Source: Actinomycetes bacterium (GTDB lineage: Bacteria; Actinomycetota; Thermoleophilia; BMS3ABIN01). From it: a stretch of 57,335 bases of DNA. The translations under genes and the position numbers were made by a program. Numbering within the stretch: the stretch's first letter is position 1; each line of letters opens with the position of its first letter. The notes below the pieces were generated by a model, which saw only the letters and a program-made list of their open reading frames with translations, was not told the origin of the DNA and did not search any database. Positions 7,899-15,240 of this stretch are shown here, piece after piece. The DNA is taken from the NCBI GenBank assembly GCA_024275795.1, contig JAJRYJ010000049.1:1-57335 (forward strand), written 5' to 3'.

Positions 7899-8762
7899 TC
7901 AGGAACCAGGGGCATGCTCGAAACCCCAGGGCACGCGCATGCCCGAACCCGGCCTGATGCCCGCCCGGATGGCTCGTGCAGTATAGGTTTTTGCGGCGCT
8001 GACGGCTTCCTCCACGGTGTCACCGAGAGCCAGCCTGGCAACAATCGCCGATGAGAAGCAACAGCCGCTGCCATGCACCTCCGGCATGTCTCCTGCATGA
8101 GGCTCCATCCGCCCCGCCTCCAGGAAGCGGTGGCCCGAACCGTCAAGGTAGACATCCACCGGCTCACCGGGCCAGTGACCGCCGGTCACACAGGCAGCGC
8201 CGGCTCCCATCTCCAGCAGCTTCTCGCAGGCTCTGAGCGCCGATTGGTGATCTTCGATCTTCAGTCCCGCAAGCGCCTCAGCCTCGGGGATATTCGGGGT
8301 GACAAGATCGCAGGCCGGGACCAGCTCATCCCTGATGACATCCAGCAAGCCTCCGGCCGCCAGAGAACTGCCGCTGGTGCTTGACAGCACCGGGTCTACC
8401 ACCAGCAGTCCCAGCTTGCTGCTGCGGGCGAAGGACGCCACGACGGCTGCCAGTTCACCCGTAGCCAGCATGCCCGTCTTTGTAGCCGCCGGAGCCATGT
8501 CATCGGTCAGAGTCCGCAGCTGTTGCGCAAGCAGGTCGGCGTCAACCGGCGAGACAGAGGAAACGCCGCTGGTGTCCTGAACCGTCAACGCCGTCACCAC
8601 ACCCGCCCCATAAAGTTCGTAAGAAGTGAAAACCCGCATGTCGGCAAGGATGCCGGCTCCGGCTGCGGGGTCCAGGCCGGCGATTGAGAGCACCGCGGTT
8701 ACTGCAGGTCCCCCCGCATCTTCTTTCCTCAACGTCGTTCCCGCCTCTGCATCAGTCGTCAT
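7899..8762 (-). CDS. thiD: Hydroxymethylpyrimidine/phosphomethylpyrimidine kinase
   Basis: It has the ThiD motifs VLSIAGLDPAAGAGILAD and HGSGCCFSSAIVARLA. The start is trimmed to ATG 8762, because the upstream ORF extension overlaps thiL and looks non-coding. Confidence 0.9.
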   Translation of the reverse strand: MTTDAEAGTTLRKEDAGGPAVTAVLSIAGLDPAAGAGILADMRVFTSYELYGAGVVTALTVQDTSGVSSVSPVDADLLAQQLRTLTDDMAPAATKTGMLATGELAAVVASFARSSKLGLLVVDPVLSSTSGSSLAAGGLLDVIRDELVPACDLVTPNIPEAEALAGLKIEDHQSALRACEKLLEMGAGAACVTGGHWPGEPVDVYLDGSGHRFLEAGRMEPHAGDMPEVHGSGCCFSSAIVARLALGDTVEEAVSAAKTYTARAIRAGIRPGSGMRVPWGFEHAPGS

Positions 8763-9819
8763 CTCCCGGACGGCCTCCCATTCCCGTATGCCTGCCGCCG
8801 CGACCCTCCGCCCGGAAGTGGTCGAAGCCGCCCGCCGGCAAGCTCGTTGTGCCGCCCTCCGGCAGCGCCAAGGTGATGCCTGTATCGGCCCCGGTGACGT
8901 TGCCGATGGCGGTGATCCTGAGACCGCTCTCAGAGGAATAGCGCCGGATGGCGTCGCCGCAACTTTCGTCATCAGTCGTAAAGAGCAGCTCGTAATCCTC
9001 ACCGCCCCCCAGCATCAGTTCACGCAAATCCCATTCATTTTCCTGTGCTGTGCGCAAGAGGGCCTCGTCACAGGGAAGGTCTTCCATCCTTATCTGCGCG
9101 CCGGTTCCGCTTGCCTGGCAGATATGACGAAGGTCCGTGGACAGGCCGTCGCTGATATCGGTCATGGCGGAAACGCCGGCCGCCGCCAGGGCCTCACCAG
9201 CCCGACAACGCGGCTGTGGATCGATGAACGCATTCCTCAGCGTTTCGCTATCCGAATCGTCCGGCTTGCTCAACGTACCGTTCTCCAGCAGCCTCAACCC
9301 TGCCGCGGCGCTGCCCAGAGCGCCTGTGACGTATATCGTGTCCCCGGGAGCCGCTCCCGACCTGAGCACCGCATCCCCGGCACCGACCGTACCGCCTGCG
9401 GCGATTGCTATCACCATTCCACCTGTTGAAGCACTGAGATCGCCGCCGGTCACCGCCACGCCGTGTTCAAGCGCAACTTCACGAATTCCCCTGCAAATAT
9501 CGGTGATTTCTTCGAGCGGCCTTTTACCGCTGCAGGCGATTGAGACCAGGGCTGCGGCGGGTGCTGCTCCCATCGCCGCCAGATCGCTGAGGTTCACAGC
9601 CAGGCACTTCCTGCCCAGTTGCTGCGGAGTCTGCCAGTGACTGCGGAAATGTATCGCCTCCACCAGCAGGTCCGCGGTCCAGACCTGTTGCCTCCCGGAA
9701 GGGCTGTCGGTCACCGCCGCATCGTCACCGATGGCGACAGGCACATCGGCGTTTGTCGCCGCGAAGATGCGGCGTACCTCCTGGAGCAGTTTTTCCTCGC
9801 CGATTTCGCCAACTAGCAA
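8752..9819 (-). CDS. thiL: Thiamine-monophosphate kinase
   Basis: AIR-synthase-like fold motifs are present (AIGDDAAV, GGDL). A TTG start at 9819 is preceded by GGAGAG at 8-nt spacing and overlaps the thiC stop. Confidence 0.85.
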   Translation of the reverse strand: MLVGEIGEEKLLQEVRRIFAATNADVPVAIGDDAAVTDSPSGRQQVWTADLLVEAIHFRSHWQTPQQLGRKCLAVNLSDLAAMGAAPAAALVSIACSGKRPLEEITDICRGIREVALEHGVAVTGGDLSASTGGMVIAIAAGGTVGAGDAVLRSGAAPGDTIYVTGALGSAAAGLRLLENGTLSKPDDSDSETLRNAFIDPQPRCRAGEALAAAGVSAMTDISDGLSTDLRHICQASGTGAQIRMEDLPCDEALLRTAQENEWDLRELMLGGGEDYELLFTTDDESCGDAIRRYSSESGLRITAIGNVTGADTGITLALPEGGTTSLPAGGFDHFRAEGRGGRHTGMGGRPGDDD

Positions 9820-11129
9820 CCTGAGATCTCTCCGGCCTTGATACCGAGGTGATCGGACACTATCTTCATGGCGCATAGCTCGCCGCACATGCTGCAGCCC
9901 TCCACGCCTTCGCTGCTTTTCTCCCTGTAGACGGAACGCGCCGTCTGCGGGTCGATGGCCAGGTTGATCTGCGCCTCCCAGTCCAGCGACTTGCGCGCCA
10001 GCGCCATCTGCCGGTCCCAGTCGGCCGCACCGGCGACACCCTTGGCCACGTCCGCTGCGTGCGCCGCGATGCGCGAGGCGATGACACCGGTCCTCACATC
10101 CTCCGTACCGGGCAACCCCAGGTGTTCGGCGGCGGTCACGTAACAGAGGAAATCGGCTCCCGCGGCGCCGGCGACGGCCCCGCCGATGGCAGCGGTGATA
10201 TGGTCGTAACCGGGAGCCACATCCGTCACCAGTGGCCCCAGAACATAAAAGGGGGCGTCTCCGGTCAGTTCCTTGGCCATCCTCACGTTGATCTCGATAT
10301 CCTGGAGGGGAACATGTCCGGGACCCTCTATCATCACCTGCACACCTGCCTCACGCGCCCTGCGTCCCAGCCTTCCCAGCGTCATCAGTTCGTGCACCTG
10401 GGCCCTGTCAGTGGCGTCGGCGATGCAGCCGGGCCTGAGCCCGTCCCCCAGGCTGAGGGTGACATCGCTGCCGGCGAGGATCTCCAGCAGCCAGTCGAAA
10501 TCGTCCAGGAAGGGGTTCTCGCGGTCGTGGTGCAACATCCAGGCGATCATGAAGGCGCCGCCGCGACTGACCACGTCCATCAGCCTGCCTTCTGCCGAGA
10601 GCTCCTCCAGCGCCGCGCGCGACAGGCCCGCGTGTATGGTCATGAAATCGACGCCGGCGTCGGCGTGCGCCTGCACGACCGCGAACAGGTCTTCCCGCTC
10701 CATGTCGACGACGCTGCCCGTTCTCTCGCGAGCGCTGCTTGCCGCTTCGTAGATGGGGACCGTGCCGAAGGGCAGGTCGCAGGAAGCCAGCAGACGATCC
10801 CTGATGGCCACCAGATCGCCGCCGCTGGAAAGATCCATCACCGCGTCGGCTCCCGCCGATACAGCCGCCTTCAGCTTGCCTGCCTCATCATCGGCGGAGA
10901 CCGCTTCGCTGGATGAGCCGATGTTGGCGTTAACCTTCGTCCTCATGCCCTTGCCGATGGCGGTGGGCCTGACCTTGCGGCCGGCAGACGACGCCGGCAT
11001 GACAACGTGCCCCGCGAGGATGGCTGCCGCCAATTCCTCGGCGGCCGACCGTTCGGAATCAGCCGCCACCCTTACGGCTTCCGGCAGTGAGCCGTCTTCC
11101 AGTTTCCTCAGCAGCGTCAGGCTGTTCAT
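9813..11129 (-). CDS. thiC: Phosphomethylpyrimidine synthase (radical SAM ThiC)
   Basis: 438 aa and ThiC-like throughout, including the C-terminal CSMCG cluster motif. Confidence 0.95.
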   Translation of the reverse strand: MNSLTLLRKLEDGSLPEAVRVAADSERSAAEELAAAILAGHVVMPASSAGRKVRPTAIGKGMRTKVNANIGSSSEAVSADDEAGKLKAAVSAGADAVMDLSSGGDLVAIRDRLLASCDLPFGTVPIYEAASSARERTGSVVDMEREDLFAVVQAHADAGVDFMTIHAGLSRAALEELSAEGRLMDVVSRGGAFMIAWMLHHDRENPFLDDFDWLLEILAGSDVTLSLGDGLRPGCIADATDRAQVHELMTLGRLGRRAREAGVQVMIEGPGHVPLQDIEINVRMAKELTGDAPFYVLGPLVTDVAPGYDHITAAIGGAVAGAAGADFLCYVTAAEHLGLPGTEDVRTGVIASRIAAHAADVAKGVAGAADWDRQMALARKSLDWEAQINLAIDPQTARSVYREKSSEGVEGCSMCGELCAMKIVSDHLGIKAGEISGC

Positions 11130-11148
11130 GATTCCTGCTACCTTTCAG

Positions 11149-11790
11149 TTATTTGACGGCGGACCTGGCGTTATCCAGCGCCCGCCTCAACTCGGACGTG
11201 GCGGCCACCATGTCATCGGCGCTGCTCACCGCCGAGATGACTGCGACGCCGTCAGCGCCCGCCTCGATGCAGGCCCCCAGGTTACCGGCGTTGATACCGC
11301 CGATGGCTACCACCGGTATCTTCACCAGCGCCTTCACCTTGCCCAGCGCCTCCGGGCCGAGGGGGTCCTTCCCCGTGCGTTTGGTGGTAGTCTGATAAAC
11401 GGGGCCGACGGCGATGTAGCCCGCCCCTTCCTTCTCCACCTTGACAACCTCTTCGAGCTTGCCGGCAGTAGAGCGGCCAAGGACAGCGGAGCGGCCCAGC
11501 ATCCTGCGGGCTGACTGCAGGGAGATATCGTCCGGCCCTATGTGCAGCCCCTCCGCCTTGCTGGCCATGGCGATGCCGACATGGTCGTTGATGAACAGCG
11601 GTATGCCCGCCTCCTGAGTCAATTCGTGGATAGCGTAGGCGATCTTGAGCGCCTGGCCCATGCTTCGCCGCTTGATTCTCAGCTGGATGGCCGTGGCGCC
11701 GCCCTCGACGGCGGCTGCCGCCACATCGTAATGGTCGCGCCCCAGTTCCGGGATGGAGGCCGTGATCACGTAAAGTCCCAGGTCCATCAT
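11149..11790 (-). CDS. thiE: Thiamine-phosphate synthase
   Basis: 213 aa. It has the ThiE TIM-barrel pattern (LYVIT ... IQLR ... INDH ... HIG ... AIGGI). Confidence 0.92.
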   Translation of the reverse strand: MMDLGLYVITASIPELGRDHYDVAAAAVEGGATAIQLRIKRRSMGQALKIAYAIHELTQEAGIPLFINDHVGIAMASKAEGLHIGPDDISLQSARRMLGRSAVLGRSTAGKLEEVVKVEKEGAGYIAVGPVYQTTTKRTGKDPLGPEALGKVKALVKIPVVAIGGINAGNLGACIEAGADGVAVISAVSSADDMVAATSELRRALDNARSAVK

Positions 11791-11793
11791 GCA

Positions 11794-12621
11794 TCAATCC
11801 TTTGCGTCTCCAAAGAGGGCGCTGTGCCTCTCGCAGAAATCGTTTCCATCCAGTTGCGCCTCCAGCAGCTCTTTCTGCCAATGTGCGTTATACAGCCTGC
11901 ATCCGGGAGAGCCGCAGAACGGCTCGCCGGTCATGCGATACGCGACGGCCTGCATCACGTAACCCTTTGCAATCTCGGTCAGCCTCGCGTCGTTATGCTC
12001 CAGATAATCATCGGCATAAGCCTCGGCGACTCGATGGGCCTGTTCCTCTGAAAAACCGGCAACGCTCGCGCCCTGGCGCGCCAGGTAATACTCGCGGGAC
12101 TTCGCCGGCGCCACGACCAGCCCGCTCAGGGAGATCACCGCGGGAGCTCCGCAAAGTACCACCCTGGCATGGTAGCGCCTGTCCGCCTCGTCCCAGCTGC
12201 CAATCAGCTGGTTCGTGAATATTATGTTCACCCGGTCGAGCGTCAACCACTCGCGCCCCAGAAGCCTGCTATAGATTTCGCTCACCATAAAGGCGTCATA
12301 AAGCAGTCCGAAAACAGCCTTGCCGCTGTCCGCCAGTCGCCGCCGCTCATAGGCGATCTCGCCCGGCAGGCACCGCTGGTCCGCCTGCGCCGACTGCGAG
12401 AGATCGCGCACCTTCGCATGCGCAAAAGCCCGGGCCAGGTCCTCCAGCAATTCTTCCCGCCGCCCGCCGCTTTTACTCTCCAGGAGTGTATCCAGCAGCG
12501 GGGGCAACAGTTCCACGGTCGCCCGCGGCACCAGGCTCGTCACGTAGCCCGCAATGCTTTCGTAGTCCACATCATTGCCGCGATGCTCAGCGTATATGCG
12601 GATGCTGCTGATGCTCTCCAT
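11794..12621 (-). CDS. Conserved-looking hypothetical protein, possibly an archaemetzincin-like fold without the HExxH catalytic motif
   Basis: 275 aa, with AGGAAG before the ATG, located inside the thi operon. The C-terminus GEPFCGSPGCRLY..(19)..CERH fits the G-x3-C-x4-C ... C-x-x-C/H zinc site that I recall for Peptidase_M54. The upstream HExxH position reads AVAYR. The family call is tentative. Confidence 0.8.
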   Translation of the reverse strand: MESISSIRIYAEHRGNDVDYESIAGYVTSLVPRATVELLPPLLDTLLESKSGGRREELLEDLARAFAHAKVRDLSQSAQADQRCLPGEIAYERRRLADSGKAVFGLLYDAFMVSEIYSRLLGREWLTLDRVNIIFTNQLIGSWDEADRRYHARVVLCGAPAVISLSGLVVAPAKSREYYLARQGASVAGFSEEQAHRVAEAYADDYLEHNDARLTEIAKGYVMQAVAYRMTGEPFCGSPGCRLYNAHWQKELLEAQLDGNDFCERHSALFGDAKD

Positions 12622-12738
12622 AGGCGCTTCCTAATTCGCCCCTGGTAACCTGATTCCTAGTTTCTGCGCAAGCATGAAGCCCTGATCGTTGATGCCGGGG
12701 CCTTGCCAACCATCCCCCGGTCCTCCAGGGAAGCCGGC

Positions 12739-13539
12739 CTATTTCGGTGTGGCGCTCTCCTGCGGGATGGCCGTCATCACCGCCTCCGCCGCCTTCTGGC
12801 CCGACAGCATCATCGAACCGAAAGTCGGCCCCATGCGCGGCAGACCATAGGCGGTCGATACGGACATGCCGGTGACCACCAGTCCCGGCACGAACTCGCC
12901 GGTATGCTCCAGTATCAGCTCCTCGGAGCGCTCGACCCACATGGCGCCGAAGCCGACGGCATCAGCCATGCCACGCTCCTGCAGCTTGCTGACCACGCAG
13001 GCGTCATGTCCCGTGGCGTCGATCACCATCTTCGATTCGATAGCAACCGGGTCGACACAGGTGATCTCGCGCGGCAAGGCCGAGATGGGAGTCCAGTTGA
13101 TCACGGCGCCGGCGACGCGGTTGCCCTCGCGCAGCACAACGTCATCGAAGAGCGTCATGTTTGCAATTTTGACTCCCGCGTCACAGGCCGAAGCGATAAG
13201 ACGCGAGCAGGCGTGGGGACCGTCGGCGACGAAGAGACCTTCCTGTACTTCCTCGTGAGGAATCTCCAGCTCCTCGAGGATCTCCTGCGCCGGCGCCCTT
13301 AAAGTCACCTTGTTCATCAGGTAGCCGCCCAGCCAGAAGCCTCCGCCCAGGTAGTTGTTCCTCTCCACTATCAACACCTTGTAGTCGTTGGCCGCCAGGA
13401 TCTTTCCTGCCATCAGGCCGCTGGGGCCGCCGCCGATGATGATCACGTCGCTCTCCGCATACTCGTCGAACTGCTTGAGGAAACTGCCGACGATAGCTCT
13501 TGTCACATCCTTCTCGTCTATTGGATGAAAAACCGCCAT
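12739..13539 (-). CDS. thi4: Thi4-type thiazole synthase (ribulose-1,5-bisphosphate-synthetase-like flavoprotein fold)
   Basis: It has the [10 protein letters not shown] dinucleotide motif and the DATGHDA and [22 protein letters not shown] Thi4 blocks. It is the first gene after the TPP riboswitch. Confidence 0.9.
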   Translation of the reverse strand: MAVFHPIDEKDVTRAIVGSFLKQFDEYAESDVIIIGGGPSGLMAGKILAANDYKVLIVERNNYLGGGFWLGGYLMNKVTLRAPAQEILEELEIPHEEVQEGLFVADGPHACSRLIASACDAGVKIANMTLFDDVVLREGNRVAGAVINWTPISALPREITCVDPVAIESKMVIDATGHDACVVSKLQERGMADAVGFGAMWVERSEELILEHTGEFVPGLVVTGMSVSTAYGLPRMGPTFGSMMLSGQKAAEAVMTAIPQESATPK

Positions 13540-13593
13540 CTTGCCTTCCTTTCCGAGATTTGCTTCAGGATACGGGTCTGAGAGAAGCTACTT

Positions 13594-13626
13594 AAAAAAG
13601 AACCGCGCCTGCGCCGGCACGGCTCC
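13594..13626 (-). terminator. Riboswitch expression-platform terminator
   Basis: The minus strand reads GAGCCGUGCC-GGCGCA-GGCGCGGUUC (10 bp including 2 G-U pairs) followed by UUUUUU. It lies between the TPP aptamer and the thi4 start. Confidence 0.7.
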
Positions 13627-13639
13627 CATGGTAAAAGAG

Positions 13640-13730
13640 TCATCCCTGCGCTGGCATTACCCAGGTCAGGTTCAAAGGGTCAGTGAAACCATCACTTTCT
13701 CAGCCGCTTGCAGCGGCTCCCCCGATCCAA
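13640..13730 (-). promoter_or_regulatory. TPP (THI-box) riboswitch aptamer
   Basis: The minus strand reads GGGGAGCCGCTGCAAGCGGCTGAGAAAGTGATGGTTTCACTGACCCTTTGAACCTGACCTGGGTAATGCCAGCGCAGGGA. It contains the canonical CUGAGA, ACCCUUUGAACCUGA and CUGGnUAAUGCCAGCG blocks. Confidence 0.92.
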
Positions 13731-13740
13731 TGTCCAGGCG

Positions 13741-13749
13741 ATTATATCA
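13741..13749 (-). promoter_or_regulatory. Extended -10 promoter element (TGATATAAT) of the thi operon
   Basis: The minus strand reads TGATATAAT about 10-15 nt upstream of the aptamer 5' end. There is no good -35. Confidence 0.5.
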
Positions 13750-13788
13750 CACCGCTTTTACAACGCACCGCTTTTACACGCTTGCACG

Positions 13789-13817
13789 AAATAAAAAAAC
13801 AGGCATACCCATGCCTG
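13789..13817 (-). terminator. Intrinsic terminator after the small zinc-ribbon ORF (end of the HK/HD-GYP operon)
   Basis: The minus strand reads CAGGCAT-GGGT-ATGCCTG followed by TTTTTTTATTT. Confidence 0.8.
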
Positions 13818-13864
13818 CCTAAGATCTCCCGGCGTTCGCACCTGCTTCTTCGGGCAGATTATGC

Positions 13865-14083
13865 TCAGGCCGCCGTCTGACCTACTTCCGAAATGCTCTC
13901 ACCTGTGACCGTTGTCGAAGCCATTGCCTCACCGCGCTCCCTCATGGGTCCGAAGCTTATCTTGCTCCAGTCTCCGAAGGACACGGTCTCCTCGAACTCC
14001 TCGCCGCAAATCTCGCATATTCCCCATTGATTGACAGAGCCTGCTGATAGACATGTGTCGCAATCATGCCTTTCCATTATCAT
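13865..14083 (-). CDS. Small CxxC...CxxC zinc-ribbon-like protein (72 aa), function unknown
   Basis: A strong GAGGAGGTGA lies upstream of the ATG. The motif is CDTC..(13)..CEIC. It lies between the HD-GYP gene and a strong terminator. Confidence 0.6.
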   Translation of the reverse strand: MIMERHDCDTCLSAGSVNQWGICEICGEEFEETVSFGDWSKISFGPMRERGEAMASTTVTGESISEVGQTAA

Positions 14084-14196
14084 TCACCTCCTCTCTGCAG
14101 ACTTTCACTGTCAGCCAAAGCTTACCCGGATTGAAGTTAAAATAAACTACCGTGCGGCTACCGCTTCCCGGATGGCTGATGACTGGCGTCATGGCA

Positions 14197-15240
14197 TCAG
14201 GAGGCCATCCGCGAATCGGAAATAGGGCAGCAGTGAAGGTCGTTCTCGACCTCGGTGAACAGCTCTATCAGGGCGGGATCGAACTGCGAACCGCGGTTGG
14301 CGAGAAGTTGCGAACGCGCCTGTTCCACTGTCAGGCCGTCGCGATATGGCCTGTCGGAGGTCATGGCGTCATAGGTGTCGGCGACTGCGAGAATCCTGGC
14401 CCCCAGCGGTATCTCCTCTCCCCTGAGGCCATCCGGATAACCTCTTCCATCGAAACGCTCGTGATGATGCCTGACCACGGCCAGCACCCTGCGATCGCGG
14501 ATGATCGGTTCAAGTATGCGCTCGGCCCGGTCCGGGTGCAGTTTTACCAGGCCGTATTCATCTTCCGTCAGGCGTCCGGGCTTGAGCAGAATCGCCTCCG
14601 GGACGCCGATCTTGCCGATGTCATGGACGGTGCCGGCCAGCCTGATCTGTTCCACCTGCCTGGCGGAGAGGCCTGCTCTGCCCGCCATGATCACGGCGAT
14701 CTCCGTCACCCGGTCGGAATGCCCCCGTGTATAGCGGTCCTTGGCTTCCAGGGCGCCCGCCAGTGACCTGATGGCGCCCATGAACGTCGCCCGTATCTCG
14801 TCGGTCTGCTCCTCGACCTTCTTCTCCAGATGGTCGCGATACTCCCTGTTGGCCAGCTCCAGGTTACGCTGCCTGAGGGCGCGCTCAACACTCAGCAACA
14901 CCTCTTCGAGATTGAAGGGCTTCGTCAGATAATCGATAGCGCCGCGTCTGAGTGCGTCAACCGCCGTACCAGTCTCCGCAACAGCCGTCACCATGGCGAC
15001 AGCCACGTCGGGAAAATCACGCTTGATGTCCTCAAGCAGCTCGATGCCGGTGCGCCCCGGCATGAGGATGTCCGACAGCACCATCTGGAACGAACCATCC
15101 GAAAGCAACTCAAGCGCCTCATCAGCGCCGGCCGCCGTCTCACATTGATAACCCTCATGCTCAAGTGTGCGCGTGAGCACCTCCCTGATGGAACGTTCAT
15201 CATCAACAATCAGCAGCCTTGCCTTAGCCCGGGTTTCCAT
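14197..15240 (-). CDS. Response regulator with HD-GYP output (c-di-GMP phosphodiesterase type)
   Basis: The N-terminal REC domain (LIVDDE ... DILMPG ... KP) is followed by HDIGK ... HHERFDGRGYPDGL. It overlaps the upstream kinase gene by 17 nt. Confidence 0.9.
   Translation of the reverse strand: METRAKARLLIVDDERSIREVLTRTLEHEGYQCETAAGADEALELLSDGSFQMVLSDILMPGRTGIELLEDIKRDFPDVAVAMVTAVAETGTAVDALRRGAIDYLTKPFNLEEVLLSVERALRQRNLELANREYRDHLEKKVEEQTDEIRATFMGAIRSLAGALEAKDRYTRGHSDRVTEIAVIMAGRAGLSARQVEQIRLAGTVHDIGKIGVPEAILLKPGRLTEDEYGLVKLHPDRAERILEPIIRDRRVLAVVRHHHERFDGRGYPDGLRGEEIPLGARILAVADTYDAMTSDRPYRDGLTVEQARSQLLANRGSQFDPALIELFTEVENDLHCCPISDSRMAS

Noticed and set aside
8763-9002. N-terminal extensions of several track ORFs: thiD to 9002, thiL to 9888, ruvX to 33687, the MBL hydrolase to 53833, ppdK to 27212, gltX to 5388, mnmA to 48986 and dnaG to 23308
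   Set aside because: The extensions overlap the upstream gene, are Arg/Pro/Ala-rich and lack homology-like sequence. Internal starts with SD sequences match the conserved N-termini.
13541-13822. 93-aa plus-strand ORF in the thi leader region
   Set aside because: It is antisense to a textbook TPP riboswitch, its terminator and the upstream terminator. It has no RBS, and its composition is not protein-like.
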